Shown in pieces: positions 20,012-31,537 of a DNA stretch of 64,000 bases (position 1 is its first letter; each line of letters opens with the position of its first letter). Position numbers and translations under genes: made by a program. The stretch is from Candidatus Saccharimonadota bacterium (GTDB lineage: Bacteria; Patescibacteriota; Saccharimonadia; Saccharimonadales; JACDBH01): assembly GCA_028289135.1 (NCBI GenBank), contig JAQGGW010000001.1, positions 76,018 to 140,017 of the forward strand, read 5' to 3'. A model generated the notes under the pieces. It saw only the letters and a list, made by a program, of their open reading frames with translations. It ran no database searches and was not told the DNA's origin.

Positions 20012-20977
20012 CTACTCATTCAAATTTGCAGGCGCGGCACTAGTAACGTAGTCATAAACCATCTTGGAGATTTCAGATATGTGCCGGCTGGCTTCGGGGT
20101 CGCTTTGTTTTAGCATGACACAGAGCGAGTATTTGCGGTTAGGGACATAGAAGATACCGCAGTCGCTTTGGACTTCTTTGTTAAACGTGCCAATTTTGTG
20201 AGCCACAACTACACCGTCTGGTATCTGGGCGGTTAGGCGGTCGTTAAAGCTGGACTGGCTCATGTAGCTAAGTATCTCTTGGGAGTCGCTGAGCTTAAGG
20301 TAGCAGGAGAAATACAGGCATTTGAGGAGGGATGTGTATGACTGAGCGCCAATCTGGACTTGGTCAGTGCTGGTTAGTTGAAAATCAATGTCCAGATAGT
20401 TAATGGCTTCTTCTTTGGGCTGCATTTTTGCGTTTTGCAGTGCGTCCAGGATCATCAGAACGGCAGTGTTGTCGGAGTCTTCCATGGCAAGCTTGGCCGC
20501 GTCGCGGTAGGTCAGCATGTAGCCAGCACCTTTTTTATAAAGCTCGCCGTACTGGTCGTTGAGCCATTCGGTCTTGAGAGCTACCTTTTTATCAAGATTA
20601 ACTTTGCCCTCTTCGGATAGTTTGTAGAGGTTCATGACAAACGGTACTTTGATCAATGACGCGCCGGTAAAAGCGCGGGTTTCGCCGTAGCCAAAGGATG
20701 TTCCGGTTGGCAAATACTGAAAGTAAATGCTGGCATTATCCTTGCCGATGTTTTTGTCGGCGTAATCTCTTACTTGGTTGCGCACATCGGTAAAGTCGAG
20801 GATAACGTCGCTTTGCTTGTCGGAAAGGATGGACCGGGAAAGGAGGTTGTAGGCAGCATTACGCTTGTCGCTACTGTGCATGTCTTTGTTATGCTCGTAC
20901 TTTACAGCCCCAAAGCCAACACCGGCGAGCGCGCCGAGCACCAAAACAACCGCAACAATTAGTTTCTTATACTTCAT
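20012..20977 (-). CDS. Membrane-anchored class A beta-lactamase-like serine hydrolase
   Basis: ASLIK (SxxK), SDN, HKIG; N-terminal TM. Likely start MKYKK at 20977. Confidence 0.85.
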   Translation of the reverse strand: MKYKKLIVAVVLVLGALAGVGFGAVKYEHNKDMHSSDKRNAAYNLLSRSILSDKQSDVILDFTDVRNQVRDYADKNIGKDNASIYFQYLPTGTSFGYGETRAFTGASLIKVPFVMNLYKLSEEGKVNLDKKVALKTEWLNDQYGELYKKGAGYMLTYRDAAKLAMEDSDNTAVLMILDALQNAKMQPKEEAINYLDIDFQLTSTDQVQIGAQSYTSLLKCLYFSCYLKLSDSQEILSYMSQSSFNDRLTAQIPDGVVVAHKIGTFNKEVQSDCGIFYVPNRKYSLCVMLKQSDPEASRHISEISKMVYDYVTSAAPANLNE

Positions 20978-21109
20978 TAATACCCTCTTTGCTAGGCTGC
21001 AGTATGACAGATATGAGGTGTTAAATCTATGGGTGTTGGATGATAAAAGCCCGGATCTAGGCTCCGGCTGGTTGCCAGGCATGGAGGTAATGCTTTAGTA
21101 TGGGGCTAT

Positions 21110-21694
21110 ATGGATGAAGAGACGGCGAAAGCTAGCGAGCCGGCAGTAGCTGTAAAAAAACCAGCGCGCACGCGCAAAAAAGCACATGGCAAACTGCCGG
21201 TTATTTTGGCAAGTGTTTTTGGAACATTGCTTGTTTTGGGCGGAGGCTATGGAGCATGGGTGTTTTTACACCGGGTGGTGAGCCCCGTGCCAAAAGCCAT
21301 CCGCGCCAGCGTTAACTTCCCTGTCTACTACCCCGACCAAAAGAAGCTACCCGTGGGCTATACGCTGGATTTACATTCATTTAAAAACCCACACCCCAAT
21401 ACCTTGCTGTATAACGTAACGTACGGCAATGGCAAAAAGCTGGTGTTTGCATTGCAGGTAAAACCATCGGACGATGACATCCAGAGCTTTTATGCCAACC
21501 TAATTCCGCTTAGGAACAAAATGGATGTCCCGGCTGGGCACGCTGAAATTGGGGCCTATAACAACGGTGGCAAAATCGACACCCAGTCGGTAATTAGCCT
21601 GCCGACAGCAACTAATACGTGGATAATAATAACTGGTCCCGGTGACATTGACCAGGGCCAGTTAAAGCAGGTTTTGACGTCTATCCGCAGTTAG
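21110..21694 (+). CDS. Single-TM protein, 'FPvYYP' family, paralog 1
   Basis: Basic N-terminus, TM, SPVPKAIRASVNFPVYYP; similar to the 39869 and 56589 proteins. Confidence 0.75.
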   Translation: MDEETAKASEPAVAVKKPARTRKKAHGKLPVILASVFGTLLVLGGGYGAWVFLHRVVSPVPKAIRASVNFPVYYPDQKKLPVGYTLDLHSFKNPHPNTLLYNVTYGNGKKLVFALQVKPSDDDIQSFYANLIPLRNKMDVPAGHAEIGAYNNGGKIDTQSVISLPTATNTWIIITGPGDIDQGQLKQVLTSIRS

Positions 21695-22776
21695 ATGGCA
21701 ATATGTCCAATACAGGTGTTACCATTGTCATTGCTGTTCGTTAGATCTGGGCAAATAACATTGTCCCAGGTTGCTCCTGTGAAGTTTGCTCCAGTGTAAG
21801 TGCTTGTTGCCTCAAGGTAATAACCTTGTGCAAAATGTGCGTTAGTGAAGTTAGTATTTGTGAAATTGTCATTATCAAATCCACTGCCGCCAATAAAGCT
21901 CTGACCGCTAAGATTAGCCCCAGATAAATTACTATCAATTATTGAAAATCCTACACCCGTTCCAGTGCCAGATAGGTTTGCATTGGAAAAGTTACTCCCA
22001 GCCTGAATATTAGTACTTTCAAATTTACTACCGCTTAAATCTCGTCCGCTTAAATTCTGACCATTGAATTGTGCTAAGTAAAAATTTAGCCCAGTAAGAT
22101 TAACACTATTAAGGTTAGTATTACCAAAAATGGCAGAAATCGTCTGGCCTGAACCAAACGTAATACCCGAAAGATTTGCATTTGTTAGATCAACATTACT
22201 TAAATTTAAACTAGATAAATTCCTTCCTGAGAGATCTACTGAGTTTAAATTGGAGTTAGTAAAGTTAGCATTGCTCAAGGTTGAGCCTAGAAAAATTGCG
22301 GCTTTCAGATTAGCCCCAGTGAAATTCGAATTGCTCAGGTTAGAGCTAGTAAAGTTAGTCTTTTCGGCATTTGAGCCAGTCATATTAGCACTACTTAGGT
22401 TTGAGCTAGTGAAATTGGTATTTTTTAAGACAGACCGAGAAAAATCTGTACCTGTAAAGTTAGTGTTGGATAGATCCCAGTAAACCATATTGGAATCGGA
22501 TAAATCTGCTCCGGCGGGGTTTGTGCGTAGGGGGGTTTTGCCTCCTTGGCTCCAATTTAGGGCAGTTTCGCTGCCTGAGCAGGTGGCTGAAGCGGAGTCT
22601 ATTATTTTAAGTGTCCCGGTGCTGTTTTTGTAGCAGCTATGGATTGTGCCGCTGGCATCCGGTATTGCTGCCAATACAACAGCCGAGACCAAGCCGCCCA
22701 CCAGCGAAGCAATTGCCAGCCCCAAAGCATAGCTTCCCTTGCGTGTTAAGAACTTAACAAGCTTTTTCATACACAC
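21691..22776 (-). CDS. Secreted pentapeptide-repeat protein
   Basis: Signal peptide; IPDASGTIHSCY...C..SETALNW domain; many (A/S)N(L/F)(S/T)x pentapeptides; C-terminal CPD...C. Confidence 0.88.
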   Translation of the reverse strand: MCMKKLVKFLTRKGSYALGLAIASLVGGLVSAVVLAAIPDASGTIHSCYKNSTGTLKIIDSASATCSGSETALNWSQGGKTPLRTNPAGADLSDSNMVYWDLSNTNFTGTDFSRSVLKNTNFTSSNLSSANMTGSNAEKTNFTSSNLSNSNFTGANLKAAIFLGSTLSNANFTNSNLNSVDLSGRNLSSLNLSNVDLTNANLSGITFGSGQTISAIFGNTNLNSVNLTGLNFYLAQFNGQNLSGRDLSGSKFESTNIQAGSNFSNANLSGTGTGVGFSIIDSNLSGANLSGQSFIGGSGFDNDNFTNTNFTNAHFAQGYYLEATSTYTGANFTGATWDNVICPDLTNSNDNGNTCIGHIAI

Positions 22777-22868
22777 CCCTTTATTATGTTTACGTTCTCA
22801 GGATAGGCTTATTGGGCTTAAAAAGACATAAGATTTTTATCACATTATTAGTAAGGTAAGTCTACCGA

Positions 22869-25800
22869 TTAATTTCCGGTTACGATATACTGTTCCATCG
22901 TTATATTATTACCGGCAGCACTTGCACCAAATGCAGGAAATAGATAGAGATTTTTTGCAGAAGTAGAGACAACTGTTGTAGCTGTGGTAGTGTACATACT
23001 CACACTGGTACTTGTGGTTGTGGTTGTAGCATTACTAAAATAGCCCTGCCCCATCATGGTTGTAGTACTGTAGCAGATTATATAGTAATCGAGATGCCAA
23101 CCTAGGTTAACTGCTGCAGCACCACTCGAGACCGGCACCGAGGCAATCCCGATAGGACTAGCACCATCGTTTGTACGTGTGGTACCATCCGTACCGTAGT
23201 AGACACCCATTCCCACCGTCACAGCAGCTGTAGTGTTGTATACACCACTTGCAAATATATGAATTGTTTTACCTGGCTTACAGAAGTTTGCCGGAACTGG
23301 TGCAGTTCCAATCGATGCACAGGTCGCCAAACAGGTAGAGACGGATCCACTAGCAGCAGTATTTGAATACAATAACCCATTACAAGGCAACCAGGAGCCC
23401 GCAATACCACACATTGCCCTGTGGTCTGTGGAGCTATAGAACATACCTCCGTCTACTTCGGTACCAGCTGTAGCTCCAGTTGAACCATTCAAGAATGTTG
23501 CATCAGTGTCCCAGTCCAGTACGAGAGGTGTGGTATTTGCGTCTTGTACGCCAACGACGACGTTGCCGTTTAGGCTGTCGACTGTCAGTAGGTTGGTGGC
23601 GGCGGCGTTTTGGATCTTGAATTCTTCGGTGGAGTTGGAGGTGTTTTTGAACACTGTTGGCGAGGTGATGGTAGCATTAATGAAGAGGCTGCCAGCTGCA
23701 TATTCGGATGCGGTGGCTGCGGCTTCGAGCTGGACGCCGTCGATCCAGAACGTGTGGGCGGTAGCGGCTGTTTGGACAATGGCAATGTAGGCAGTAGCGC
23801 TTGGGGTTGTAACAGCAGTGGTAAACGAACAGACATAGCGGGTCCAACCGTTAAGGTTCACAACCTGAGGAGTTAAGCCACCGGTTGGTGTACAGTCAAT
23901 AAACGTCGTACCGCCATCAACCGAGTAGCGGCCCTTGATGTCAGTAAATGTACCGCTGCTAAGCTTGGCGTACCACGACAGCGTATAGGTGGTTGATATG
24001 GCAAGCTGGGTGGGTTGGACATTGCCGGTAATAAATCTAGCTCCGGAGTTTGCAGTTGCACTTGTAACTTCTCCTAAGGAAGCTGTTCCAAGCCAGGCCT
24101 GGCTTGTTTCACGAGTCGGGAGGGCTCCACCCAGCTCTGGCCCCCAGCCTAGTAAGTTCACTTCAAAACCAGGGTTGGTAATAATGTTACTATCAGTTGT
24201 ATCAATATTAAAGATATTAGTACCGGCGGCGTTTTGAACAGTTAGAGCGTTGGCTGAATTAAAGCTATTTTGAAGCGTTACAGGACTTGTAATAGTGCCA
24301 CCTAAGGATATTTTACCCTCACGGTAGTTAGCGTCACTGTTAGCATCGGTCTGCAAAGTTACTCCGTCAATATAGAAAGTGTGGATATTTGCATCAGTTT
24401 GCTTAACATAAAAGTACGGTGTTCCGGATGGTGCCAGAGTAAAGAAGCTACAAGTAACACGTACCCACTGTCCTGCCCTTAACGTTGATGTGTTTATATT
24501 ACAGTTTCCATCAGTAACACCGTCCTTCGCATAACCTACCGCAAGAGTTGACATACTCTTGCTTGTGCTGTCGAGCATGATGTATAAGCTCGCCGTCCAT
24601 CTTCCTGAAGGAAGCGAAACGTTATAGATGGCGCCCTGGTCAATGGTTGCTTGGGTAGTAACTTTGAGCGAGCTGCTGCCGCTGTAGCCTTTGTTTGGCT
24701 CACGGGCGAAGGTTGTAGGCGTTGTGCCCTTGGCTGCCCAGCCGGTGGTGTCTGTTTCGATGCTGGCGTTGGTGATGACGTTGTTGAGGTTGCCAACGCT
24801 CGTGTCCACAGATAAGACCGTGCTGGTTGAGCTGCTTCCGACCCTAAACGCGTCGGTTGTGCTGCTGGAGATGTTTAGGGCGCCGCCAATGGATAGGTCG
24901 CTGGTAAAGCTTCCTGAATATGCTTGGACGGTATTGTTGACGATAACTGATCCTGCGCTATTCATGGCATACTGGTAAATTGCAGCCCCGGTGTAATCTG
25001 TTGTGTAAAGGTAACTCCCCTGGATGTAAATATTGTCCGTAGAACTACCATTTGTAGTTGTGGCGGTAAGGACTGGCAAAGAAGGCGTGCTGATGTCGAT
25101 GGTGTAGATTTTGTTATCAGCACCAGCGACGTAAGCATAACGTCCTTTTACAAAAATGCTGTACGGCATACCCCAGTGAGCGCGTGAAAGATAGTCGTTA
25201 TTTGTGATGTAGAGAGTTCCGACCTGGACCGGTGTGGCTGTTGGATTGCTGACGTCTAATATGCGAACTATGCCACCGTCTGTCGCGTAGACATACTTGC
25301 CCTGAACATAGAGGCTTAGCATGTTAACCTGTGTGCTCGTTGACACAATAACAGGACTAAACGGATTGGAAATGTCTACAATCTTTAGAGTTGAAGCATT
25401 CGAAGCACCACCGCCTGCAACATAGACATACTTGCCCTTTAGTACAATGGAGTAGCTTGCTGACATTGCCGTTGTACTTAGCGATACCGGCGTTACGGGG
25501 TTTGTAATGTCGAATATCTGCATGCCAGTTGAGCCCACAACGTAGGCGTAATTACCCTGCACCCAAACACTCGCATTGGTCTGGTAGGTTGTTTCGGCCG
25601 ATCCATTTTTTAATACTGGTGCAAAAGGATTTGAGATATCGTAGATAAATATCTTGGCGACAGTTTCATCAACAAGATAAGCATAGTTTCCAGAGATATA
25701 TATCCCATTAAGGCTACTTGCTAACGGCACTGCTGTTGTACTTGCGACTGACGAAGTGGACATATTAGTGATCTGGAAGCTTGTGCCATTATTGATCGTG

Positions 25801-28800
25801 TAAGCATAATCACCAACGACAACAAGCCCCCACGGAGTCGCAGCTGTGGTGACACTAGAAAGCTGTGTTAGTGTTGGCGCGCCGCCAACAGAAACTACGC
25901 CGTTGAGAGTGTCGGCAGTTAACAAGCTCGTGCCAGCGGCATTCTGAACTTGAAGTGCGTTGGTTGAGTCGGACTTATTACGAATGAGTGTAGAGGTATT
26001 TATAATGCCATTGAAGCTTATGCTGCTGTCTTGGTATGCGACAGGGTTAACGATGTTGGCATTGTTTGTAAGCTGCACATCGTCAATCCACCAGTTGCGG
26101 GTTACAAGGTCGGTTTGCACAATGTATATAAATGCGCCAGCGGCAGGAGCGGTGTTGTCAGTTGTAATAGTACAGCTAAAGCGGCTCCAGTTTGTCGTGA
26201 CTGTGCCCAAAGATGTTTTACAGTCAGAAACTGTAACGCCGTCACGTTCGTACCCAGCGGTAAAGGTACTGAATGCTGCAGACGCCTTGGCCCAGAAACT
26301 AAGCGTGTAGCTACTGTCTATATTAAGCTGTGTTGGGTTTGTGTTTGCGGTTATGTAGCTTGTTCCGTCGCGCCCACCGGGAGTTAATACGGTCATCTTT
26401 AGGCTGTTTGCGCCGTTATAACCAGTTGTAGTATCAAGTGTCATATTGACTGGAGCGCCAGAACCAGTCTTCGTCCATGGAGCCGCAACGCCTGCTGTTT
26501 CAAAGCCTGTGTTCCCTATTTGAGCCTGGGTGATGGCCGTACCGGCTTCAAGCTGGAGGCTGTCAATATAGAGACTTCGGCTCGTGGTGTCGAGCTGCTT
26601 GATTGCAAGATATGCGGTACTAGCAGGCGCTGTGCCGTCGGTATTAATTGTGCAGCTTACGCGCGTCCAACCACCTGAAGTGATGATGGTTGTGGCATTA
26701 TATACAGCACAATCAGTTTGTGTCGCTGTCGTACCATCCCGGGCATAAGCAATGGTCAGTGGATTTGGTAAACTCATGCTGCCAGAGGCGAGACGTGCAT
26801 AGAAGCTGAACGTGTATGTGGTACTGGTTGCAAGCACTGCACCGATATTGTAGCGAGCACTGTTATTAGCTGCTGTGCCTGTGGTAAAGAGTAAGCTGTT
26901 GGTAGCAGCATACGCCTGCGCACTTGTTTCCTGTACGCTTGCATTTGTTCCGTTTGCCGTCCAGCCCGTTAATGCTCCTTCAAAACTAGTATTGCTGGTA
27001 AGTGTGTTTAAGGTGGTTGTGTCTACATTAAGTACAGCCGAACCGATGGAGTTTTGAATCTGGAAAGCCGCACTTGAGTTTATTATATTTTTTAGCGCAA
27101 GCCCGCTGTTGGACAAATCAAACAAGCTACCCGTACCTGATGTGTTCATAACGCGCAGCCGGTTGTTAGCAACTGTCGTCCCAGAAAGAACAGAGAAAGT
27201 GGCAGAATTTGTATTTATGACCGCCAAATCCAAGTCATTATCGTTATTAAAATCACCTGTAATGATAGCTAACGGCTGCGATCCTGTTGTGTAATCAGTT
27301 TTAGAGGTTGCTACTGGTGGGCTGGCACCGAATTGGCCAGATCCTAAGCCTGAGTTAGTGAAGATGGATACAGTATTAGAAGATGTATTCGTGACAGCTA
27401 TATCCAAGGTGCCGTCTTTGTTGAAGTCGCCGGCGATGATGCCGCGTGGGCTAGTACCAGTGCTATAATCAACTCTTGTTGTCGCAGTAATTGGGTTTGC
27501 GCCGGATCCAAACTGTCCAGTACCCACGGCTGAATTTATAAAGATAGACATGGTAATGGAGTTATTATTAGTAGCGGCAATATCCAGCTTACCGTCTTTG
27601 TTGAAGTCGCCGGTGACTATGCCATATTGAATACTGCTCGTTGTATAGTTTGCTAGAGTCGTGGCAGCTGGTGGGCTGGCACCGAACTGGCCAGTGCCTA
27701 GGCCGGAGTTAATCAAAACACTTATAAACAATGAGCCGGCATTGGCTATGGCAAGATCAAGCTTACCGTCGCCGTTAAAGTCGCCTGTAGAAATAGCTGT
27801 CGGGTTGGTACCAACGGTGTAGCTCACTAGAGTTGTGAATGTAGGTGGGGAGGTACCAAACTGAGTCGTACCTAACCCGGAGTTAAGAATAATTGATATG
27901 GTAGCTGATGAGAAGTTAGTTATGGCAAGATCAAGCTTACCGTCGCCGTTAAAGTCGCCTGTAGTGATTCCCTGTGGCGAGCTGCCAACTGAATTGAAAT
28001 CTGTTCTTGCACCGAAAGTTCCATTCCCTATACCCATAAAGATAGATACAACGTTATCCGAATTAGCAACAGCAAGATCAAGGTTGCCGTCTTTGTTGAA
28101 GTCGCCGCTTGTAATGCCAACCGGGAAATTCGCAGTATAATAAGCTACTTTTGGACCAAATGTTCCATTGCCCAAACCTAGAGAAACATTAGTGTTAAAA
28201 GTAATTGATTCGGTAGAAGCAATGTCTAAAATTCCGTCTTTGTTGAAGTCGCCGGTGGTAATGGCCTGCGGTGTGCTGCCTGCGCTATAGTCTACTTTTG
28301 GATCAAACAAGTTTGCAGAGCTACCGCCTATAGTAGTGTTACCTTGGCCGTCAACACGCAGCAACTGGCTTGTACTCTGCCCGTATATACTAAGCGCGTC
28401 GTTAACACTATTATTATAAATACTGAGGCTTGGGTTAGTAGTTTGAGTAACACCAAGTTCTGCATTGATCATTACTGTGAGACTTGGACCGCTTGAACCA
28501 GTCGATGATAGGTCAAGATTTCCATCGTTATTGTAGTCCGCAGCCGATATTCCACCGAGTCCCAAAGCAGCAGTATAATCAATTTTCGCACTAAATGTGC
28601 CATTACTGTTACCCAAAAGAACAGAGACAATATTTCCCCCTCCTGCACTAGTTACCATAAGATCAAGATTTCCGTCTTTATTGATATCACCGGTAACGAT
28701 TTTTACTGGTGTACTGGCTGTTGCGTAGTCTACTTTTGTACCAAATGCGCCATTGCCTAGTCCTAAAAGAACTGACACTGTATTTGAACCCTGGTTCACT

Positions 28801-31514
28801 ACTGCTAGATCCGGACTACCATCTTTGTTGAAGTCTCCAGATATAACACCCTGGGGACCGTTAGTTACAGGATAGTCAACTTTCGTACCAAATGTGCCAT
28901 TACCGATACCGAGTAAGACCCCTACCTTGTTAGTTACAAATAACGTGGTTGCTATATCAAGTACACCATCTTTGTTGAAGTCTCCTAATGTAAGTGGCCC
29001 AGGCTGCGATACGGTCGGATAGTCAACTTTCGCGGCAAATGTACCGGTACCGTTATTTAACAAGATAGAGATTGCATTTGCAGAAGAGCTCGTATCTGAT
29101 ACTGCCAAATCTATATCACCGTCCTTGTCAAAGTCACCTGAGACTATATAGTCAGCTAATAAACCGGTTACAGGAGGTGATGCTTGAATAGTAAAGACAC
29201 CACTTCCATTATTAAAGAATATTGCCACTGTATTATTACCGTTATTTACAGTGGCGATATCAATAAATCCGTCTTTGTTAAAGTCACCGGTAGCAATACC
29301 GTCGGGGCTTGTACTTGCACCGGTAGCATAGTCTACTTTGGCTGCAAAAAGACCACTACCTTGGTTTATAAAGATCGAAAAAGTATTAGCGCCATAGTTT
29401 GTTACAGCTATGTCAATTTTACCGTCATTATTAAAGTCGGCGCTGGTAGCTGTAGTTGGATTATTACCAGATGTATAGTCTACTTTAGGTTTAAACAAAC
29501 TTTGCGTACCCGTTGAGCCAACGGTAATTGCAGACGAATCTGTGCCGACTGTAAAGACATTTGCGCCATAAACGTTTTTAGCAGTAAGTTGTACTGAGCT
29601 GCTTCCCTGCGTATAAACAGTTCCATCACTCTTTACCTGCAGCCCTTGATAGAAAATACTAAAGGCTGATGAGGTGTGGGTGCGGCTTGTGTTTACTGTA
29701 ATATGGGTGGTGTCATTAAACGCAGTGATGATGTCAGAAACACCATCGGCATAGACAATTTGGCTGCCAACCATAGCTGCAGTAAATGTGGTACCTACGC
29801 CCACAACTGTTGTGCTGGCTGTTTGGCTAGCAGTACCGGTTGCATACTGTAGTGGACTAACACCAAACGAGTTCAGCGGGACGCTTGTACCAATGCCAAC
29901 GCGGCTGTTGAGTGTGTCGGCAGTAAGAATTGCGGTGCCTGCAAGGTTTTGGACTTGGAGTGCAGAAACTGAGTCGCTCGTGTTCTTAAATACTGTAGTT
30001 GTACCAGTAAATGTTTTGCTGCCAGCAATAATCTGCGCGACTGTACTGACAAGGCCTGGGAAGCTACCATCGGCATACTGCAGAATTAGGTTAGAGCCAG
30101 AAACGCTGGCTCCGTTGGCTGCTGTTGGTACGACAAGTAGAGTACCAACGTTCGTAATACCTGTGCCACCAGCACCAATACAATCTACCCAGGCGCTATT
30201 TTGGTAACAACGGAAAGTACCACTACTTGAGTTATAGTATATCGCCCCATTTACCTGGGTAGTAGTTGGATCTCCGGGGTCTGTTTTGACTGGCAATCCT
30301 AAGAATGTTGCCGATGTACCCGTTGCCACACCAGAGAGTTTAATGCTGCCAGTGCCTGCTTTGAGGTTCAGGGCACCGGCGTTTAAAATGTTACCAATGT
30401 TAATATTTGTCTGACCTGTGCCTGCTGGTGTACCAGTACCGATGTTGATGGCTTGGGTATTGCCCGTCAGTGTATTACCAATACCGATATTAATTGTATT
30501 CGAGGCTGTTGACTGGCCGACAGTTATTGCATTGGCCAGCGTTGTTGATCCGATGGTGATGCCCGATGTATTGTTCACTGTGCCGATGAGGATAGAGCCT
30601 GCAGTGGCGCCCGATGTTCCGACGTCCACTTTGAGATCACCAGAGTTGCCCGTTGCGTTGCCCGTCTGAACAGTAAGCGCACCACTAAAGCCAGTTGCCG
30701 TACCAGTTGCTACTGTGAGTGTTCCTGAGTTGCTGGTGGCACCAGTAGCATCGCCAGACTGGACGAGATTATTTGCCGAACTGGTACTCGCGGTAGAAGT
30801 ATTACCTGAGTTTACGTTAATAGCTGTTAAGGCGGTAATTGCGAGTGGAACAGCAGTTGTCTGGATACGCGGTGTCATTTCGGTATCCCAGGTTGGAGTA
30901 GCTGTTTGGTTGTTGCCGCCAACACGCATGGAAAGGTAGAGTTGTTGAGTCCAGTCCATAGTGCTCGGGAATGCGACACCGCCGTTGCCCGTGTCACCAA
31001 GCACCACGCTATAGTAGCCATTGGTAACACGGACACGGTAGTCGTCACCGGAACCAATTGGAGCCGCACCATCATGGTCGTAGTGGACTTCTGTCCAGAG
31101 ACAGGCTGTATCTGCAGTAGTACCTGGCAGCATAGTACACGCGCCAGGGTTGGGAGTATTTCCTGAGGTAGTCGCATTATAGAGCTTAAATTCCATGTTG
31201 TAGTAGCCGTCTGCCACTAACGCGCCGGTGTTGCTGAGGAGGCGGCCTTGGAAGTTAAGGGTTTTATTTGGACTGAGGGCGGAGGCGGTTGGGTGTGAAG
31301 CGTTAAAAGTACCAAAAAGCACACCAAGGGGGACGAACAAAACGGCTATTACGAGAATAGCCTTTCTGTACCTTGGTGTGCTTTTACGTACTTTTAGTTG
31401 GTTAACAGGGGTCGCGCTCAGTTCTTTAAAAACGCCAATAAGACGGTCTAATGACCGCCTTATTGGCGTTTTTAACGGTAGTGAACTGAGGGCGTCCCTT
31501 CCCTGGGTGTTCAT
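22869..31514 (-). CDS. Giant surface protein A (2881 aa): LNFQGRL domain, FG-GAP/VCBS repeats, CBM4/9-like modules, LVIVD repeats
   Basis: Signal/TM then LNFQGRLL...EFKLY; many GDFNxDGxxD repeats; NxxFE..GW...W.R....F...YID modules; V.G.YAYV...L.I.DISNP repeats. Confidence 0.88.
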   Translation of the reverse strand: MNTQGRDALSSLPLKTPIRRSLDRLIGVFKELSATPVNQLKVRKSTPRYRKAILVIAVLFVPLGVLFGTFNASHPTASALSPNKTLNFQGRLLSNTGALVADGYYNMEFKLYNATTSGNTPNPGACTMLPGTTADTACLWTEVHYDHDGAAPIGSGDDYRVRVTNGYYSVVLGDTGNGGVAFPSTMDWTQQLYLSMRVGGNNQTATPTWDTEMTPRIQTTAVPLAITALTAINVNSGNTSTASTSSANNLVQSGDATGATSNSGTLTVATGTATGFSGALTVQTGNATGNSGDLKVDVGTSGATAGSILIGTVNNTSGITIGSTTLANAITVGQSTASNTINIGIGNTLTGNTQAINIGTGTPAGTGQTNINIGNILNAGALNLKAGTGSIKLSGVATGTSATFLGLPVKTDPGDPTTTQVNGAIYYNSSSGTFRCYQNSAWVDCIGAGGTGITNVGTLLVVPTAANGASVSGSNLILQYADGSFPGLVSTVAQIIAGSKTFTGTTTVFKNTSDSVSALQVQNLAGTAILTADTLNSRVGIGTSVPLNSFGVSPLQYATGTASQTASTTVVGVGTTFTAAMVGSQIVYADGVSDIITAFNDTTHITVNTSRTHTSSAFSIFYQGLQVKSDGTVYTQGSSSVQLTAKNVYGANVFTVGTDSSAITVGSTGTQSLFKPKVDYTSGNNPTTATSADFNNDGKIDIAVTNYGANTFSIFINQGSGLFAAKVDYATGASTSPDGIATGDFNKDGFIDIATVNNGNNTVAIFFNNGSGVFTIQASPPVTGLLADYIVSGDFDKDGDIDLAVSDTSSSANAISILLNNGTGTFAAKVDYPTVSQPGPLTLGDFNKDGVLDIATTLFVTNKVGVLLGIGNGTFGTKVDYPVTNGPQGVISGDFNKDGSPDLAVVNQGSNTVSVLLGLGNGAFGTKVDYATASTPVKIVTGDINKDGNLDLMVTSAGGGNIVSVLLGNSNGTFSAKIDYTAALGLGGISAADYNNDGNLDLSSTGSSGPSLTVMINAELGVTQTTNPSLSIYNNSVNDALSIYGQSTSQLLRVDGQGNTTIGGSSANLFDPKVDYSAGSTPQAITTGDFNKDGILDIASTESITFNTNVSLGLGNGTFGPKVAYYTANFPVGITSGDFNKDGNLDLAVANSDNVVSIFMGIGNGTFGARTDFNSVGSSPQGITTGDFNGDGKLDLAITNFSSATISIILNSGLGTTQFGTSPPTFTTLVSYTVGTNPTAISTGDFNGDGKLDLAIANAGSLFISVLINSGLGTGQFGASPPAATTLANYTTSSIQYGIVTGDFNKDGKLDIAATNNNSITMSIFINSAVGTGQFGSGANPITATTRVDYSTGTSPRGIIAGDFNKDGTLDIAVTNTSSNTVSIFTNSGLGSGQFGASPPVATSKTDYTTGSQPLAIITGDFNNDNDLDLAVINTNSATFSVLSGTTVANNRLRVMNTSGTGSLFDLSNSGLALKNIINSSAAFQIQNSIGSAVLNVDTTTLNTLTSNTSFEGALTGWTANGTNASVQETSAQAYAATNSLLFTTGTAANNSARYNIGAVLATSTTYTFSFYARLASGSMSLPNPLTIAYARDGTTATQTDCAVYNATTIITSGGWTRVSCTINTDGTAPASTAYLAIKQLDTTSRSLYIDSLQLEAGTAITQAQIGNTGFETAGVAAPWTKTGSGAPVNMTLDTTTGYNGANSLKMTVLTPGGRDGTSYITANTNPTQLNIDSSYTLSFWAKASAAFSTFTAGYERDGVTVSDCKTSLGTVTTNWSRFSCTITTDNTAPAAGAFIYIVQTDLVTRNWWIDDVQLTNNANIVNPVAYQDSSISFNGIINTSTLIRNKSDSTNALQVQNAAGTSLLTADTLNGVVSVGGAPTLTQLSSVTTAATPWGLVVVGDYAYTINNGTSFQITNMSTSSVASTTAVPLASSLNGIYISGNYAYLVDETVAKIFIYDISNPFAPVLKNGSAETTYQTNASVWVQGNYAYVVGSTGMQIFDITNPVTPVSLSTTAMSASYSIVLKGKYVYVAGGGASNASTLKIVDISNPFSPVIVSTSTQVNMLSLYVQGKYVYATDGGIVRILDVSNPTATPVQVGTLYITNNDYLSRAHWGMPYSIFVKGRYAYVAGADNKIYTIDISTPSLPVLTATTTNGSSTDNIYIQGSYLYTTDYTGAAIYQYAMNSAGSVIVNNTVQAYSGSFTSDLSIGGALNISSSTTDAFRVGSSSTSTVLSVDTSVGNLNNVITNASIETDTTGWAAKGTTPTTFAREPNKGYSGSSSLKVTTQATIDQGAIYNVSLPSGRWTASLYIMLDSTSKSMSTLAVGYAKDGVTDGNCNINTSTLRAGQWVRVTCSFFTLAPSGTPYFYVKQTDANIHTFYIDGVTLQTDANSDANYREGKISLGGTITSPVTLQNSFNSANALTVQNAAGTNIFNIDTTDSNIITNPGFEVNLLGWGPELGGALPTRETSQAWLGTASLGEVTSATANSGARFITGNVQPTQLAISTTYTLSWYAKLSSGTFTDIKGRYSVDGGTTFIDCTPTGGLTPQVVNLNGWTRYVCSFTTAVTTPSATAYIAIVQTAATAHTFWIDGVQLEAAATASEYAAGSLFINATITSPTVFKNTSNSTEEFKIQNAAATNLLTVDSLNGNVVVGVQDANTTPLVLDWDTDATFLNGSTGATAGTEVDGGMFYSSTDHRAMCGIAGSWLPCNGLLYSNTAASGSVSTCLATCASIGTAPVPANFCKPGKTIHIFASGVYNTTAAVTVGMGVYYGTDGTTRTNDGASPIGIASVPVSSGAAAVNLGWHLDYYIICYSTTTMMGQGYFSNATTTTTSTSVSMYTTTATTVVSTSAKNLYLFPAFGASAAGNNITMEQYIVTGN

Positions 31515-31537
31515 TTTTTTCCTTTAGATTTTTGTTT

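Noticed and set aside
20012..20977. True antibiotic-resistance beta-lactamase
   Set aside because: SxxK/SDN/KxG are present, but the membrane anchor and lack of a recognisable omega-loop Glu motif fit the wider PBP-like hydrolase family.
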